Part shown: positions 50,850-60,048 of the stretch, in pieces
Layout: each line of letters opens with the position of its first letter
How positions within the stretch are numbered: position 1 is the first letter of the stretch
From: Gemmatimonadales bacterium
GTDB taxonomy: Bacteria > Gemmatimonadota > Gemmatimonadetes > Gemmatimonadales > GWC2-71-9
Direction of reading: 5' to 3'
Length of the DNA: 64,000 nucleotides
Assembly: GCA_041613315.1 (NCBI GenBank)
Contig: JBFJHJ010000005.1
Coordinates: forward strand, 1-64,000
Made by a program: the position numbers and the translations under genes
The notes under the pieces: model-generated
Told to the model about the DNA's origin: nothing
The model's input: the letters and a program-made list of their open reading frames with translations, nothing else
Database searches by the model: none

Positions 50850-51031
50850 CTGTGAAATAGCTCCCTTTGTGGGGCGCATGTCAAGCGGCCGCCGACGCAC
50901 CCGGATCGTCAACGTCCGTTGTCGAGGGAGACACCCGCTCGCCGTGGGCGGGGCGCGGGGGCTCCGTGGATTGACAGCCGCGACGGCACCCCCAAGCTTC
51001 GGCGTGCGCGCACACCTCCGAGGAGGGCACC

Positions 51032-51910
51032 GTGGCCATTCAGGTGACATGCCAGTGCGGCGAAACGTACGTGTTGAAGGACGAGTACGCCGGGCAGGTC
51101 GTGAGCTGTCCCCAGTGCGGCGAGTCGCTGCAGGCCGGTGAGGCGCCGCCGCGGTTGGGCGACCCCGCCTTCGACCGGGACAAGTTCCTGCTGCGGCAGA
51201 AACACCTGGCGATCTCCGAGAAGTACTACGTATGGGACGACGGCGGCGCCAAGATCCTCTACATGGAGCGCCCCGCCCACCTGGCGCGGAACCTGTTGGC
51301 GGCGTTCGCTGGGATCGCCGCCGGCGTTGTGGTGCTATCCGCCTTTCTCGCGATCGGCGATGCGGCGGGGCCCGGGACCGTCCAGACGGCCTCATTCGTG
51401 CTCGCCGTGATCGGGGGCATCGCTGCCATCGTCGTCGTCGGGGTTGGGCTCAGCAAGAAACGGCATCTCACCATCTACCGCGACGACACCAAGCGCGAGA
51501 AGCTGCTCGAGATCTACCAGGACCGGAAGTTCCAGCCGATCAATGCGACCTATACCGTGCGCGACGCCGGCGGGGGCGAACTGGCGCGGCTGCGCAAGAA
51601 TCACCTGTACAACTTCTTCCGGAAGCGGTGGTACTGTCGCTTGCCGGACGGCACCCTGCTCTGCCTGGCCAAAGAGGACTCGATCATCCTCTCGCTCCTC
51701 AGGCGCGTGATGGGATCGTTCTTTGGCCTGCTGCGGACCAACTTCGTGATCTTCAAGGGTGCGACCGACGAGGTCGTTGGCGAGTTCAACCGAAAGTTCA
51801 CCCTGCTCGACCGCTACGTGCTCGACATGACCCGCGACCGCGCCCGCGACATCGACCGGCGCCTCGCGCTCGCCCTGGGCGTCATGCTCGATACCGGTGA
51901 GCGGCGTTGA
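51032..51910 (+). CDS. Zn-ribbon and LURP-one/scramblase-like membrane protein
   Basis: CQCG...CPQCG; FLLRQK; two TMs; Tubby-like C-terminus DRRLALALGVMLD; SD AGGAGG. Confidence 0.75.
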   Translation: MAIQVTCQCGETYVLKDEYAGQVVSCPQCGESLQAGEAPPRLGDPAFDRDKFLLRQKHLAISEKYYVWDDGGAKILYMERPAHLARNLLAAFAGIAAGVVVLSAFLAIGDAAGPGTVQTASFVLAVIGGIAAIVVVGVGLSKKRHLTIYRDDTKREKLLEIYQDRKFQPINATYTVRDAGGGELARLRKNHLYNFFRKRWYCRLPDGTLLCLAKEDSIILSLLRRVMGSFFGLLRTNFVIFKGATDEVVGEFNRKFTLLDRYVLDMTRDRARDIDRRLALALGVMLDTGERR

Positions 51911-52643
51911 TGGCCGCGTGAGGGCAGGGGACCCCGGGGGCGGCGGGCCGTCACGGGCGGACGAGCCGCCGGAGGAGCCGCGCCGGCCCATCCCGATCAC
52001 GCCGGAGATGCTGGCAGACACGGCCGCGGAGGACCGTGTCGACTTCGAGCGCGGGATGTCCTATCTGCCGCGCGTGACGCTCCTGCTCATCGCCGCGTCC
52101 GTGGGGGTGTTCGCGTGGGAGATCGCGACCGGGGCCCTCGAGTCCGTCGAGAACATCGTGAGGGCGGGCGCGCTCCATCGTGCATCCGTGGCGGACGGCG
52201 AGGCCTGGCGCCTCCTCTCGGCCACCCTCCTCCACGGCGGCGCCGGTCATCTGGTCGGGAACTGCATCGGCCTGTACATCGTCGGGATGGCGTGCGAACA
52301 CGCCTTCGGCTCCGGCGGGATGGCCAAGGTCGCGTTCGCCAGCGCCCTGGGCGGATCCCTGCTCAGCGTGGCGGCGCATCCTGGGCCGTCGGTCGGGGCG
52401 TCTGGCATCGTGTTCGGAGTGATGGGCGCCGTGGCGGCGTTCCTGCACCGGCACCGGCACGACCTCGAGATCCGTGACCTCCGCGTCGGCATCGTGCTTC
52501 TCGCGTGGGCGGTGTACGCCGTCATCACCGGCTTCCTGACACCGTTCGTGGACAACTTCGCCCACATCGGTGGGTTCCTGGCCGGCGGGGCCGTGGCGCT
52601 GGCGCTCGAACCGGCGATCTTCCGACGCACACGACCGGCTTGA
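51897..52643 (+). CDS. Rhomboid intramembrane serine protease (start uncertain)
   Basis: WRLLSA.LLH, HL.GN, VGASG, AHIGG. Confidence 0.92.
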   Translation: MSGVDGRVRAGDPGGGGPSRADEPPEEPRRPIPITPEMLADTAAEDRVDFERGMSYLPRVTLLLIAASVGVFAWEIATGALESVENIVRAGALHRASVADGEAWRLLSATLLHGGAGHLVGNCIGLYIVGMACEHAFGSGGMAKVAFASALGGSLLSVAAHPGPSVGASGIVFGVMGAVAAFLHRHRHDLEIRDLRVGIVLLAWAVYAVITGFLTPFVDNFAHIGGFLAGGAVALALEPAIFRRTRPA

Positions 52644-52748
52644 GGGCGCCGCTTCCAACGCCCGCGGCACCGCAGGCGACCCCGTAGCGGAAAAGCGCCT
52701 CCGACCGCAAGTTTCTAGGTTCTCACAACCGTGGGGTCGAGACGGCGT

Positions 52749-53120
52749 ATGGCTTCCATCCTCGTGATCGACGACGAGCCCAACATGCGGGCTGCACTCG
52801 AGCGCCATCTCATGGCAGGCGGACATGAGGTGTCCGTCGCGGGCAACGGCGCGGAGGCGATGGAGATGGTCGAGCGGCGCCCCGTCGACCTGGTGATCAC
52901 CGACCTCTACATGCCCGGCATGGACGGCGTCGAGTTCACCATCCGGCTCCGACAAGGCCACCCGGACGTGAAGGTGATCGCCATCTCGGGCGGCGGGTGG
53001 AAGAACAACGCGGAAGCTCTGGAACTCGCTCGCCGGGTCGGGGCGCACCGGACCCTGCCCAAGCCGTTCCAGCAGGACGAGCTCCTCGCTACGGTGGACT
53101 CCGTCCTCGAACGCGAGTGA
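52749..53120 (+). CDS. Single-domain response regulator
   Basis: ILVIDDE, TDLYMP..DG, ISGG, KPF. Confidence 0.92.
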   Translation: MASILVIDDEPNMRAALERHLMAGGHEVSVAGNGAEAMEMVERRPVDLVITDLYMPGMDGVEFTIRLRQGHPDVKVIAISGGGWKNNAEALELARRVGAHRTLPKPFQQDELLATVDSVLERE

Positions 53121-53145
53121 GAGACGCGTTGGGAGAGGGGCCGAC

Positions 53146-53307
53146 ATTTAGGTAGGCTAACTAAATACCTACCCGTCCCGCAGAGACGCAGTGTTCCTGG
53201 CTGGGGCTCTCCGTCTCGATCCCCATTCCGCTTCGGTCCCCTCGGCACAACCTCAGTTTTCCGGGGAGAACTGGCGCGCAGCCCATTCGTTAGTTAGGCT
53301 ACCTAAA
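53146..53307. promoter_or_regulatory. Pair of palindromic operators upstream of MarR gene
   Basis: ATTTAGGTAGGCTAACTAAAT (53146-53166) and GTTAGTTAGGCTACCTAAA (53289-53307). Confidence 0.7.
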
Positions 53308-53312
53308 CTCAT

Positions 53313-53774
53313 ATGCCGGGCCCGAGACCACGAACCTCCCTGCCTGCCGAGTCGGCCCGACTGGCGGTGGCGAACCGGCTGCACGCGGTGGCGATCCAAC
53401 TGCTCCGCCACCTGCGGCGCGCCGACTTCGACGCCGCGCTGAGCCCCGCCCGGCTCTCGGCGCTCTCCACCCTGGTGTTCGGCGAGCCCCGGACGCTCGG
53501 GGAACTCGCCGCGGCGCAAGGCGTCACGCCCGCGACGATGAGTCGGCTGGTCCGGGGGCTGGAGGACGACGGGTTGGTCGAGCGGCGGGCCGATCCCGGA
53601 GACGGCCGGGCCGTGATCGTTGCCGCGACGCCCGAGGGGGCTCGCATCCTGCTCCAGGCGCGGCGCGAGCGAGTCGAAGATCTCGCCCACCGGCTCGCCG
53701 AGCTCGACGGCCCCACCCTCGACGAGCTGGGGCGGGCGGCGGAGGTCATCGAGCGGGTGTTGCACGCGGACTGA
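53313..53774 (+). CDS. MarR family transcriptional regulator
   Basis: LGELAA..GVTPATMSRLV..LE..GLV.R..DP.DGR. Confidence 0.93.
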   Translation: MPGPRPRTSLPAESARLAVANRLHAVAIQLLRHLRRADFDAALSPARLSALSTLVFGEPRTLGELAAAQGVTPATMSRLVRGLEDDGLVERRADPGDGRAVIVAATPEGARILLQARRERVEDLAHRLAELDGPTLDELGRAAEVIERVLHAD

Positions 53775-53825
53775 CGGGGGTCGACCGCCGAGCCGCGACG
53801 TCCGTCGTGGCCGGCTGCATCGCCC

Positions 53826-54410
53826 TCACCCGTTGTAAATCTCTCCGCCCCGGTCTCGATACGACCGTAGCACCTCGCGCGCCTCGTCCCGCAGCACGCC
53901 CCGCACGATCTCCAGACCCCGGTTTTCGAGATACCGATAGGAGTCGGGGAACACCGGCCCCTCCTCGAAGTTGAGGCGGCTCGCGTCCTCGCGCGCGGCA
54001 CCGGTGACGAGGCGACCCACGCCGCTCCACAGCACCGCACCCAGACACATGGCGCAGGGGTCGCACGAGGTGACCAGCTCGTGCCGAGGCATGCCGTGCG
54101 CGCCCAGCGTGAACGAGTGGAGGCGCGCCTGCGCCATCATGTAGGCCACCATCTCGGCGTGGAGCGCCGAATTGGACGCCGCGACCACCAGGTTCATCCC
54201 CACGGCGACGAGCCGCCCCGACGCTGCCTCGAACACGGCCGCGCCGAACGGCCCGCCGGTCTCACGCTCCACGTTCTCTCGTGCAAGCCGGATCGCCAGG
54301 CGCATGCGATCCTCGACATCGGCGTATCGGCGATCCCACTGCACGACCCGGTGGACCCACGCGGGGTACGCGATGCGGATCTCGAAGGACTCGAATGGCG
54401 CGGGAGACAT
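53826..54410 (-). CDS. Nucleoside/nucleobase deaminase (guanine deaminase/TadA-like)
   Basis: GGPFGA, HAE, PCAMC. Confidence 0.9.
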   Translation of the reverse strand: MSPAPFESFEIRIAYPAWVHRVVQWDRRYADVEDRMRLAIRLARENVERETGGPFGAAVFEAASGRLVAVGMNLVVAASNSALHAEMVAYMMAQARLHSFTLGAHGMPRHELVTSCDPCAMCLGAVLWSGVGRLVTGAAREDASRLNFEEGPVFPDSYRYLENRGLEIVRGVLRDEAREVLRSYRDRGGEIYNG

Positions 54411-54539
54411 GGTCGTGGTGGTCCGTAATCCGTTACCCGTCGTGGGCAGAAACGTCGCGGCGGTGCTCGGCCACTGAATATGCATCCGAACCCACAGCCG
54501 TGTAGCTTGCGGAAGCGAACGATGGAGGCGACACCCCGC

Positions 54540-55220
54540 ATGTGTGGGCGGTTCACCCAGGCGCAGATCGCGGAGCTCGACCGGGAGGTGTTCAAGCTGC
54601 TGCACGTCCCGGCGCTGGAGCCTCGATACAACGTGGCTCCCACCCAGCCGGTGGCGGTCATCCGGGAGAGGAACGGCACCAGCCGGCAGCTGGACCTCCT
54701 CCGGTGGGGACTCATCCCCTCCTGGGCGAACGATCCGGCCATCGGCAATCGCCTGATCAACGCCAGAGCCGAGTCGCTGACCGACAAGCCGTCGTTCCGC
54801 GAGGCGTTCGAACGACGTCGCTGTCTGGTTCCTGCCGACGGTTTCTACGAGTGGCAGAAGACCGCGCACGGCAAGCAGCCGATGTATGTTCGGCCCATGG
54901 GAGGTGGCGTCTTCGCGCTCGCGGGTCTCTGGGAGACATGGCACGGACCGGGCACGGGTCCGATCGAGTCATTCACGATCGTGACCACCGAGCCCAACAC
55001 ACTCCTGGCGCCGATCCACGACCGGATGCCCGCGATCCTGGCGGCCGGACAGTACGACCGCTGGCTCGACCCCCACCATCACGACACTCAGGAGTTGCAG
55101 CGGCTGCTCGGGCCCTACCCGTCCGACCGGATGGAGGTGTATCCCGTGGCCAGCTACGTCAACGACCCGAAGAACGATGGGCCTGCCTGCATCGAGCCCG
55201 TCGAGGAGGCTCAATGCTGA
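54540..55220 (+). CDS. SOS response-associated peptidase (SRAP/YedK family)
   Basis: MCGRF start; YNVAP, INARAE, GFYEW, HDRMP. Confidence 0.95.
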   Translation: MCGRFTQAQIAELDREVFKLLHVPALEPRYNVAPTQPVAVIRERNGTSRQLDLLRWGLIPSWANDPAIGNRLINARAESLTDKPSFREAFERRRCLVPADGFYEWQKTAHGKQPMYVRPMGGGVFALAGLWETWHGPGTGPIESFTIVTTEPNTLLAPIHDRMPAILAAGQYDRWLDPHHHDTQELQRLLGPYPSDRMEVYPVASYVNDPKNDGPACIEPVEEAQC

Positions 55221-55543
55221 TCACGACGACGCCGCGGGTGGACGGCGCGGAGATCGCCGAGTACTTCGGCATCGTGACCGGGGAGGCGATCCTCGGCGCC
55301 AACATCATCAAGGACTTCTTCGCCGGTATCCGCGACATCGTGGGCGGTCGGTCGGCAGCGTACGAAGCAGAGCTGCGCAAGGCCCGCGACACGGCGATCG
55401 ACGAGATGGCGATGGAAGCGGAAGGGCTGGGCGCCAACGCGGTCGTGGGCGTGGACCTCGACTACGAGACCCTGCAGATGGGCGGCGGTGGCAACATGCT
55501 GATGGTGAGCGCCAGCGGGACGGCCGTGCGGATCGCCTGGTGA
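55214..55543 (+). CDS. YbjQ/UPF0145 family protein
   Basis: [35 protein letters not shown]. Confidence 0.93.
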   Translation: MLITTTPRVDGAEIAEYFGIVTGEAILGANIIKDFFAGIRDIVGGRSAAYEAELRKARDTAIDEMAMEAEGLGANAVVGVDLDYETLQMGGGGNMLMVSASGTAVRIAW

Positions 55544-55561
55544 GCGGCGCCCAGCGTCCGA

Positions 55562-57187
55562 TCAAAACGCGAACCCCCGCCCGAAGCTCACGATCCATCG
55601 TTTGCCCTCGAAGCCCTCGCCGAACCGGTAGGCGAGATCGAGCCGCCCGACGTTGGCCCCCGCCGAGCGCGTAGCGCCGAAGCGCAGCCCAAACCCGACG
55701 TCGCCACCGAGGCGCGCCGCCTGGTCCGCGAACCAGGCGCCGCCATAATCCACGAAGCCCGCGAAGCCCAGCCCCAGGATCCCGAGCACCTCGTCGATCA
55801 GGAACGCCCGATGCTCCAGCGCCACCCACACCATCCGCTCACCGGTGAAGGCGTTCGGCCCGAACGCCCGGGGCCCGGGTCCGTGGGCCGCCACCGCGCC
55901 GGCTAACCTCAGGGGGAACGCGTCGGAGCCGCCCCCGTGCCCCAGCGTGAACTCGGCCCCAGGCGGCGTTCCCGAGCGCGCACCTACCTCGGCATGGAGC
56001 ACGGTCGCGTGCCGCGAGACCGGCCGAGCGGCCACGGTGAGGCCGGCCCACACGCGGCCCGAATCGAGCCCCGCCGATGTGAAGAGTCCGGTCGCGCGCG
56101 CTTCCAGCTTGGCGAAGTTCGGGCCGAACGCCGCGCCCGCCTGCGCGCTGATCGCCGGTCCGACACCCGTGGATCGGTACCCGAAGGCCGCCGGGGCCAG
56201 CCAGAGCGTCGCGCGCACGCGCGGACTCAGATCGAGGTCCACGTCTCGATCGAACCCGTCGTAGTGCGTCACCACCGTGAAGCGGGACCGCGCGAACTCG
56301 ATGAACGCGCCGAGGGCGCCGGTCACGGTGTCGGGAACGACGCGTCCGGCGTCGTTCAGGAGCACGTACGCCTCACGCTTCACCTGAGCGGTCGCGCCGA
56401 CGCGGACGTACCCTTCCGGCCCGGCGCGCGGTGCCACGCTGACCTGGGCCGTCTGGAGCAGGAGGCGGCGGCGGTACGTCGTATCGATGACGCCGTCCTT
56501 GAACCGGAGCACGTCTTGGCTCCGGGCCTCGCCCGCGAATCCGAACGACGTCCGGTCGCTGAACGCCATGAAGGGCACGCCGAAACGCCACCCGCCGACC
56601 TCGCCATCGCTCAAGGCATCGTAGGCGCCACCGATCCCGAAGCGTGTCCCCGCGATGCGGTCCATGCCGGCGACGAGCGTCACCGCGTTGCGGTTCGGCT
56701 CCTGGCGATACGTCACCCCCGCTCGCGCTCCGGTGCCCAAGAAGTTCCGCTCCTGGACGCCGACGGCCCAGCTCAGCGTGTCGGCGGTCGAGTTCGCGTT
56801 GAGCACCAGCTCCGTCGTCCACCCGTCCGCGGTCTGGACGAGCACGGTGACGCGGTCGCCTCGGTGCAGCGTGTCGACCTGCACGTCTCGGAAGAGGCCA
56901 CGGCGTCGCAGGTTGCGCAGCGTTTCGGCGACCCGTGCGGAGTCATAGGGCTCGCCTTCTCGGAAGAGCAACTCTTGGCGAACGAGAAAGGGACGGGTCG
57001 TGACGTGGAGGGCGTTGGCGAGGCGGAAGAGGAAGTTGGACTGCGCCTCAGTGGAGTCGAAGACGTTCCGCGTCAGCACGACGATGCTGTCGACGACCGG
57101 CGTCCGCGGCACGTCCTGCGCCCGGGCCTGGGTCAGAGCCGCCAGAAGCAGTCCAACAGCTACGACTGTCACGCCGGGCCAACGCAT
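55562..57187 (-). CDS. BamA/TamA (Omp85)-like outer-membrane protein with POTRA domain
   Basis: Signal; ELLFREGEPYD...ETLRNLR...F; ERNFLGTG; FVDYG; C-terminal FAF. Confidence 0.8.
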   Translation of the reverse strand: MRWPGVTVVAVGLLLAALTQARAQDVPRTPVVDSIVVLTRNVFDSTEAQSNFLFRLANALHVTTRPFLVRQELLFREGEPYDSARVAETLRNLRRRGLFRDVQVDTLHRGDRVTVLVQTADGWTTELVLNANSTADTLSWAVGVQERNFLGTGARAGVTYRQEPNRNAVTLVAGMDRIAGTRFGIGGAYDALSDGEVGGWRFGVPFMAFSDRTSFGFAGEARSQDVLRFKDGVIDTTYRRRLLLQTAQVSVAPRAGPEGYVRVGATAQVKREAYVLLNDAGRVVPDTVTGALGAFIEFARSRFTVVTHYDGFDRDVDLDLSPRVRATLWLAPAAFGYRSTGVGPAISAQAGAAFGPNFAKLEARATGLFTSAGLDSGRVWAGLTVAARPVSRHATVLHAEVGARSGTPPGAEFTLGHGGGSDAFPLRLAGAVAAHGPGPRAFGPNAFTGERMVWVALEHRAFLIDEVLGILGLGFAGFVDYGGAWFADQAARLGGDVGFGLRFGATRSAGANVGRLDLAYRFGEGFEGKRWIVSFGRGFAF

Positions 57188-57193
57188 GCGCCG

Positions 57194-58024
57194 TCATTCC
57201 CCCCGCTCTCCGAGTTCCGCAATGGACTCGAGCACCCGGTCGGGTCGTACGCGGCTCGAGTGCAGCGCATCGGGCCGGAACTTGCCGGTCCGAACGAGCC
57301 ACCCTCGGAGCCCGGCCCGCTGGGCGCCCTCGACGTCGGACCACAGGTCGTCACCGACCATGATGATCGGTGGACGATCGGTCGTGACCCCCATCGAGGC
57401 CACCGCCGCCCGGAAGAACTCGGGGTTCGGTTTGCCGCAGATGACCGCTTCCCGTTCGGTGGCATATTCCAGCGCGGCCACGTACGCTCCGGCGTCCAGC
57501 TCGATTCCGTCGGCCCCCAGCCAGTACCGCCCCCCTTGAAGGGCCACCAGCCGCGCGCCGTCCATAACATAGCGAAACGCTTCGTTGAGGAGCGCATGGT
57601 CCCAGCGCGCTCCGAGGTCGCCGATCAGCACCGCGTCCGGCCACGGGCCCGTCGTGGGACCGGTCACGCCGCCCAGCAACTCGAACTCGGCGAGATCCTC
57701 CAGCACGTCTTCCGGAACGAACGGCGCCACGGTCCGCACACCGGCCCGCCGCAGGAACGCGGCGCCCGCCATGACCGCCGTGAACACCTCCTCGTCCGCG
57801 ACGTCGAGGCCAAAGCTCACCAGCCGCTCCAGTAGCCGGCGGCGGGGTCGGCGCGTGGTATTGGTGACGAACCGGAAGGGAACGCCCCGGCGCCGCAACT
57901 CTCGTATCGCGGAGTCGGCGCCGGGGATGGGACCTGCCTCGGTGTAGACCGTCCCGTCGAGATCGAGAAGAAACGCGGACGCGGCCTCGATTAGTACTTC
58001 CCGAGGTACGTGTCGATCTCCCAC
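57194..58024 (-). CDS. HAD-IIA hydrolase (LHPP/TIGR01458-like); start uncertain
   Basis: DLDGT, TNTT, GKP, VGDD..SD..GA, RTGKF. Confidence 0.88.
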   Translation of the reverse strand: MGDRHVPREVLIEAASAFLLDLDGTVYTEAGPIPGADSAIRELRRRGVPFRFVTNTTRRPRRRLLERLVSFGLDVADEEVFTAVMAGAAFLRRAGVRTVAPFVPEDVLEDLAEFELLGGVTGPTTGPWPDAVLIGDLGARWDHALLNEAFRYVMDGARLVALQGGRYWLGADGIELDAGAYVAALEYATEREAVICGKPNPEFFRAAVASMGVTTDRPPIIMVGDDLWSDVEGAQRAGLRGWLVRTGKFRPDALHSSRVRPDRVLESIAELGERGE

Positions 58025-59388
58025 TTGCTGACCCTGGCGGAGTACTCGAGCCACTCCTGCCGCTTCGCCTCGACCAGCCGCGCGTAGACATGCTCACCGA
58101 GCGACTCGCGAATCTCCTTGTCCTTCTCCAGGCAGTCGAGGGCCTCATGGAGGTCACGCGGCAGCTCGTCGATCCGGAACCGCCGTCGCTCGCGGTGGCT
58201 CATGCTGAAGATGTTCTTGTTCACCGGATCGGGGGGCGTCAGCTTCCGCTCCACCCCATCGAGCCCCGCCGCGAGCTGCACGGTGAGCGCCAGATAGGGA
58301 TTCGCCGACGGATCGGGCATCCGGAGCTCGCACCGCGTGCCGTGGCCCCGCCGATCCGGGATCCGCACCAACGGCGAACGGTTCCGCATGCTCCATGCGA
58401 CGTTGACCGGCGCCTCGTACCCCGGCACCAGCCGCTTGTAGCTGTTCACCAACGGGTTGGTCACCGCCGCGAACCCGCGGGCGTGCGTGAGGAGCCCCGC
58501 GATGTAGCTGAGCGCCACCCCCGACAACTCCCACTTCTCGGTCGGATCGTAGAACGCGTTCGCCCCGTCCTTGAACAACGACTGGTGCGTGTGCATCCCC
58601 GACCCGTTTTGCCCCTGGATCGGCTTCGGCATAAACGTCGCCAGGAAGCCGTGTCGGTACGCGATGTTCCGCACGATGAACCGGAACGTCGCCAGGTTGT
58701 CGGCGGTCGTGAGAGCGTCCGCGTAGCGGAAGTCCACCTCGTGCTGCCCTGCCGCCACCTCGTGATGGCCAGCCTCCACCTCGAAGCCCATGTGCACCAG
58801 GTCGTGGATGATCAGCCGGCGGATCGGTTCCGCCTTGTCCACCGGCGCGAGGTCGAAGTAGCCCCCGGCATCGTGCGTCTCGACGGTGGGGTCCCCGGCC
58901 GCATCCAGGTGAAAGATGAAGAACTCCGCCTCGCACCCGGCCATCATCTCGTAGCCGAGCGAGCTCGCGCGCTCGATCTGGCGCTTGAGGGTGAGGCGCG
59001 GACATCCGGGGAACGGCGAGTCGTCGGGATTGTAGATGTCGCAGATCAGCCGGGCCACCCGCCCGCCCTCGTCGTCGTACGGGAAGATCTTGAACGTGCT
59101 CAGATCCGGCTTGAGCACCATGTCGCTCTCCTCGATCCGCACGAACCCTTCGATCGAGGATCCGTCGAACATGATGTCGCCCTCGAGCGCCTTCTCGAAC
59201 TGGCTCCGCGGCACTTCGACGTTCTTGTTCACCCCGGTGATGTCGGTGAACTGGAGCCGCAGAAAATCCACACCCCACTCGTCGCTGAGCTTGAGGATGT
59301 CCTGCTTCTGAGCACCACTGGCATCGATGAGCTCACCACGGACACGCGGTTTGTCGGCATGGCTCGGGACGGTGATGGACACTGGCAC
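57991..59388 (-). CDS. glnA: Glutamine synthetase type I
   Basis: FDGSSI.GF, HHEVA.GQHE, FMPKP..G.NGSGMH, NSYKRLVPGYEAP, ELR.PD..ANPY; SD GGGAGGAG before GTG. Confidence 0.96.
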   Translation of the reverse strand: MPVSITVPSHADKPRVRGELIDASGAQKQDILKLSDEWGVDFLRLQFTDITGVNKNVEVPRSQFEKALEGDIMFDGSSIEGFVRIEESDMVLKPDLSTFKIFPYDDEGGRVARLICDIYNPDDSPFPGCPRLTLKRQIERASSLGYEMMAGCEAEFFIFHLDAAGDPTVETHDAGGYFDLAPVDKAEPIRRLIIHDLVHMGFEVEAGHHEVAAGQHEVDFRYADALTTADNLATFRFIVRNIAYRHGFLATFMPKPIQGQNGSGMHTHQSLFKDGANAFYDPTEKWELSGVALSYIAGLLTHARGFAAVTNPLVNSYKRLVPGYEAPVNVAWSMRNRSPLVRIPDRRGHGTRCELRMPDPSANPYLALTVQLAAGLDGVERKLTPPDPVNKNIFSMSHRERRRFRIDELPRDLHEALDCLEKDKEIRESLGEHVYARLVEAKRQEWLEYSARVSKWEIDTYLGKY

Positions 59389-59473
59389 GCTCCTCCCTTT
59401 CGGGGTCGGGACTTGGACGCTGATGGGTGGCAGAGGGACCGTGCGGCGCCCTGCAGGGCGCCCACGACGCGGC

Positions 59474-59502
59474 AACCTATTGGGTGGCGCGCCTGGTGTC
59501 AA
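59474..59502 (-). promoter_or_regulatory. Sigma70-type promoter of glnA
   Basis: TTGACA-N17-TAGGTT on the minus strand. Confidence 0.65.
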
Positions 59503-59639
59503 GCAAATCGTGCAGAATGTGCACGATCCTAGGTACGGTGTGCACAAAGTCAGGCTTTGGGGGTCGAATTGGCACCACTGTCGTGCGGTTTTGGCAGATC
59601 TGGGGAGACGGCGTGTCTGGGTCGAACGGTCGGTTGCCG

Positions 59640-59942
59640 CTATCGGCCCCCCAGGGAGTCGAGCAAGTTCCACAACTCGAGAGCCGAGAACTCGGCGAAG
59701 CGGATCTCGACGTCCTTCTCGGTCCATTCGAGAAAGATCCAGCCCGAGAGCCGATGGATGTTGCCTCCAATGAAGTGAATGCGGCCGCGGATGGCGTCGA
59801 TCGAGGGGTCCTTCACACTCTCCAGCAACACGTTCCAGTGACTATCGCCGCGCACCAGTTCGCCCATCTGCCGCGCCTTGATCGCGCTCAGCGGCGGATC
59901 GAACCGCGAGGATCTCGACGTGCCTTCTGGATCGCGAGACAT
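59640..59942 (-). CDS. Hypothetical protein
   Basis: Protein-like composition (RGRIHF...SGWIFLE...ELWNLLDSL); fills the intergenic gap. Confidence 0.65.
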   Translation of the reverse strand: MSRDPEGTSRSSRFDPPLSAIKARQMGELVRGDSHWNVLLESVKDPSIDAIRGRIHFIGGNIHRLSGWIFLEWTEKDVEIRFAEFSALELWNLLDSLGGR

Positions 59943-60048
59943 GAGCGCTACAGTAATGTCCAGCAAGGAGCGGCGCCAGCAAACGACGCAACCTTCCTAT
60001 TATACTTCTGCCCGCCCACGACGACCTCCACGTTTCCTGGATGACCTT

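Noticed and set aside
59500..59520. Sigma54 promoter for glnA (minus-strand TGCACGATTTGC)
   Set aside because: Lacks the GG and the GG-N10-GC spacing; a good sigma70 promoter is adjacent
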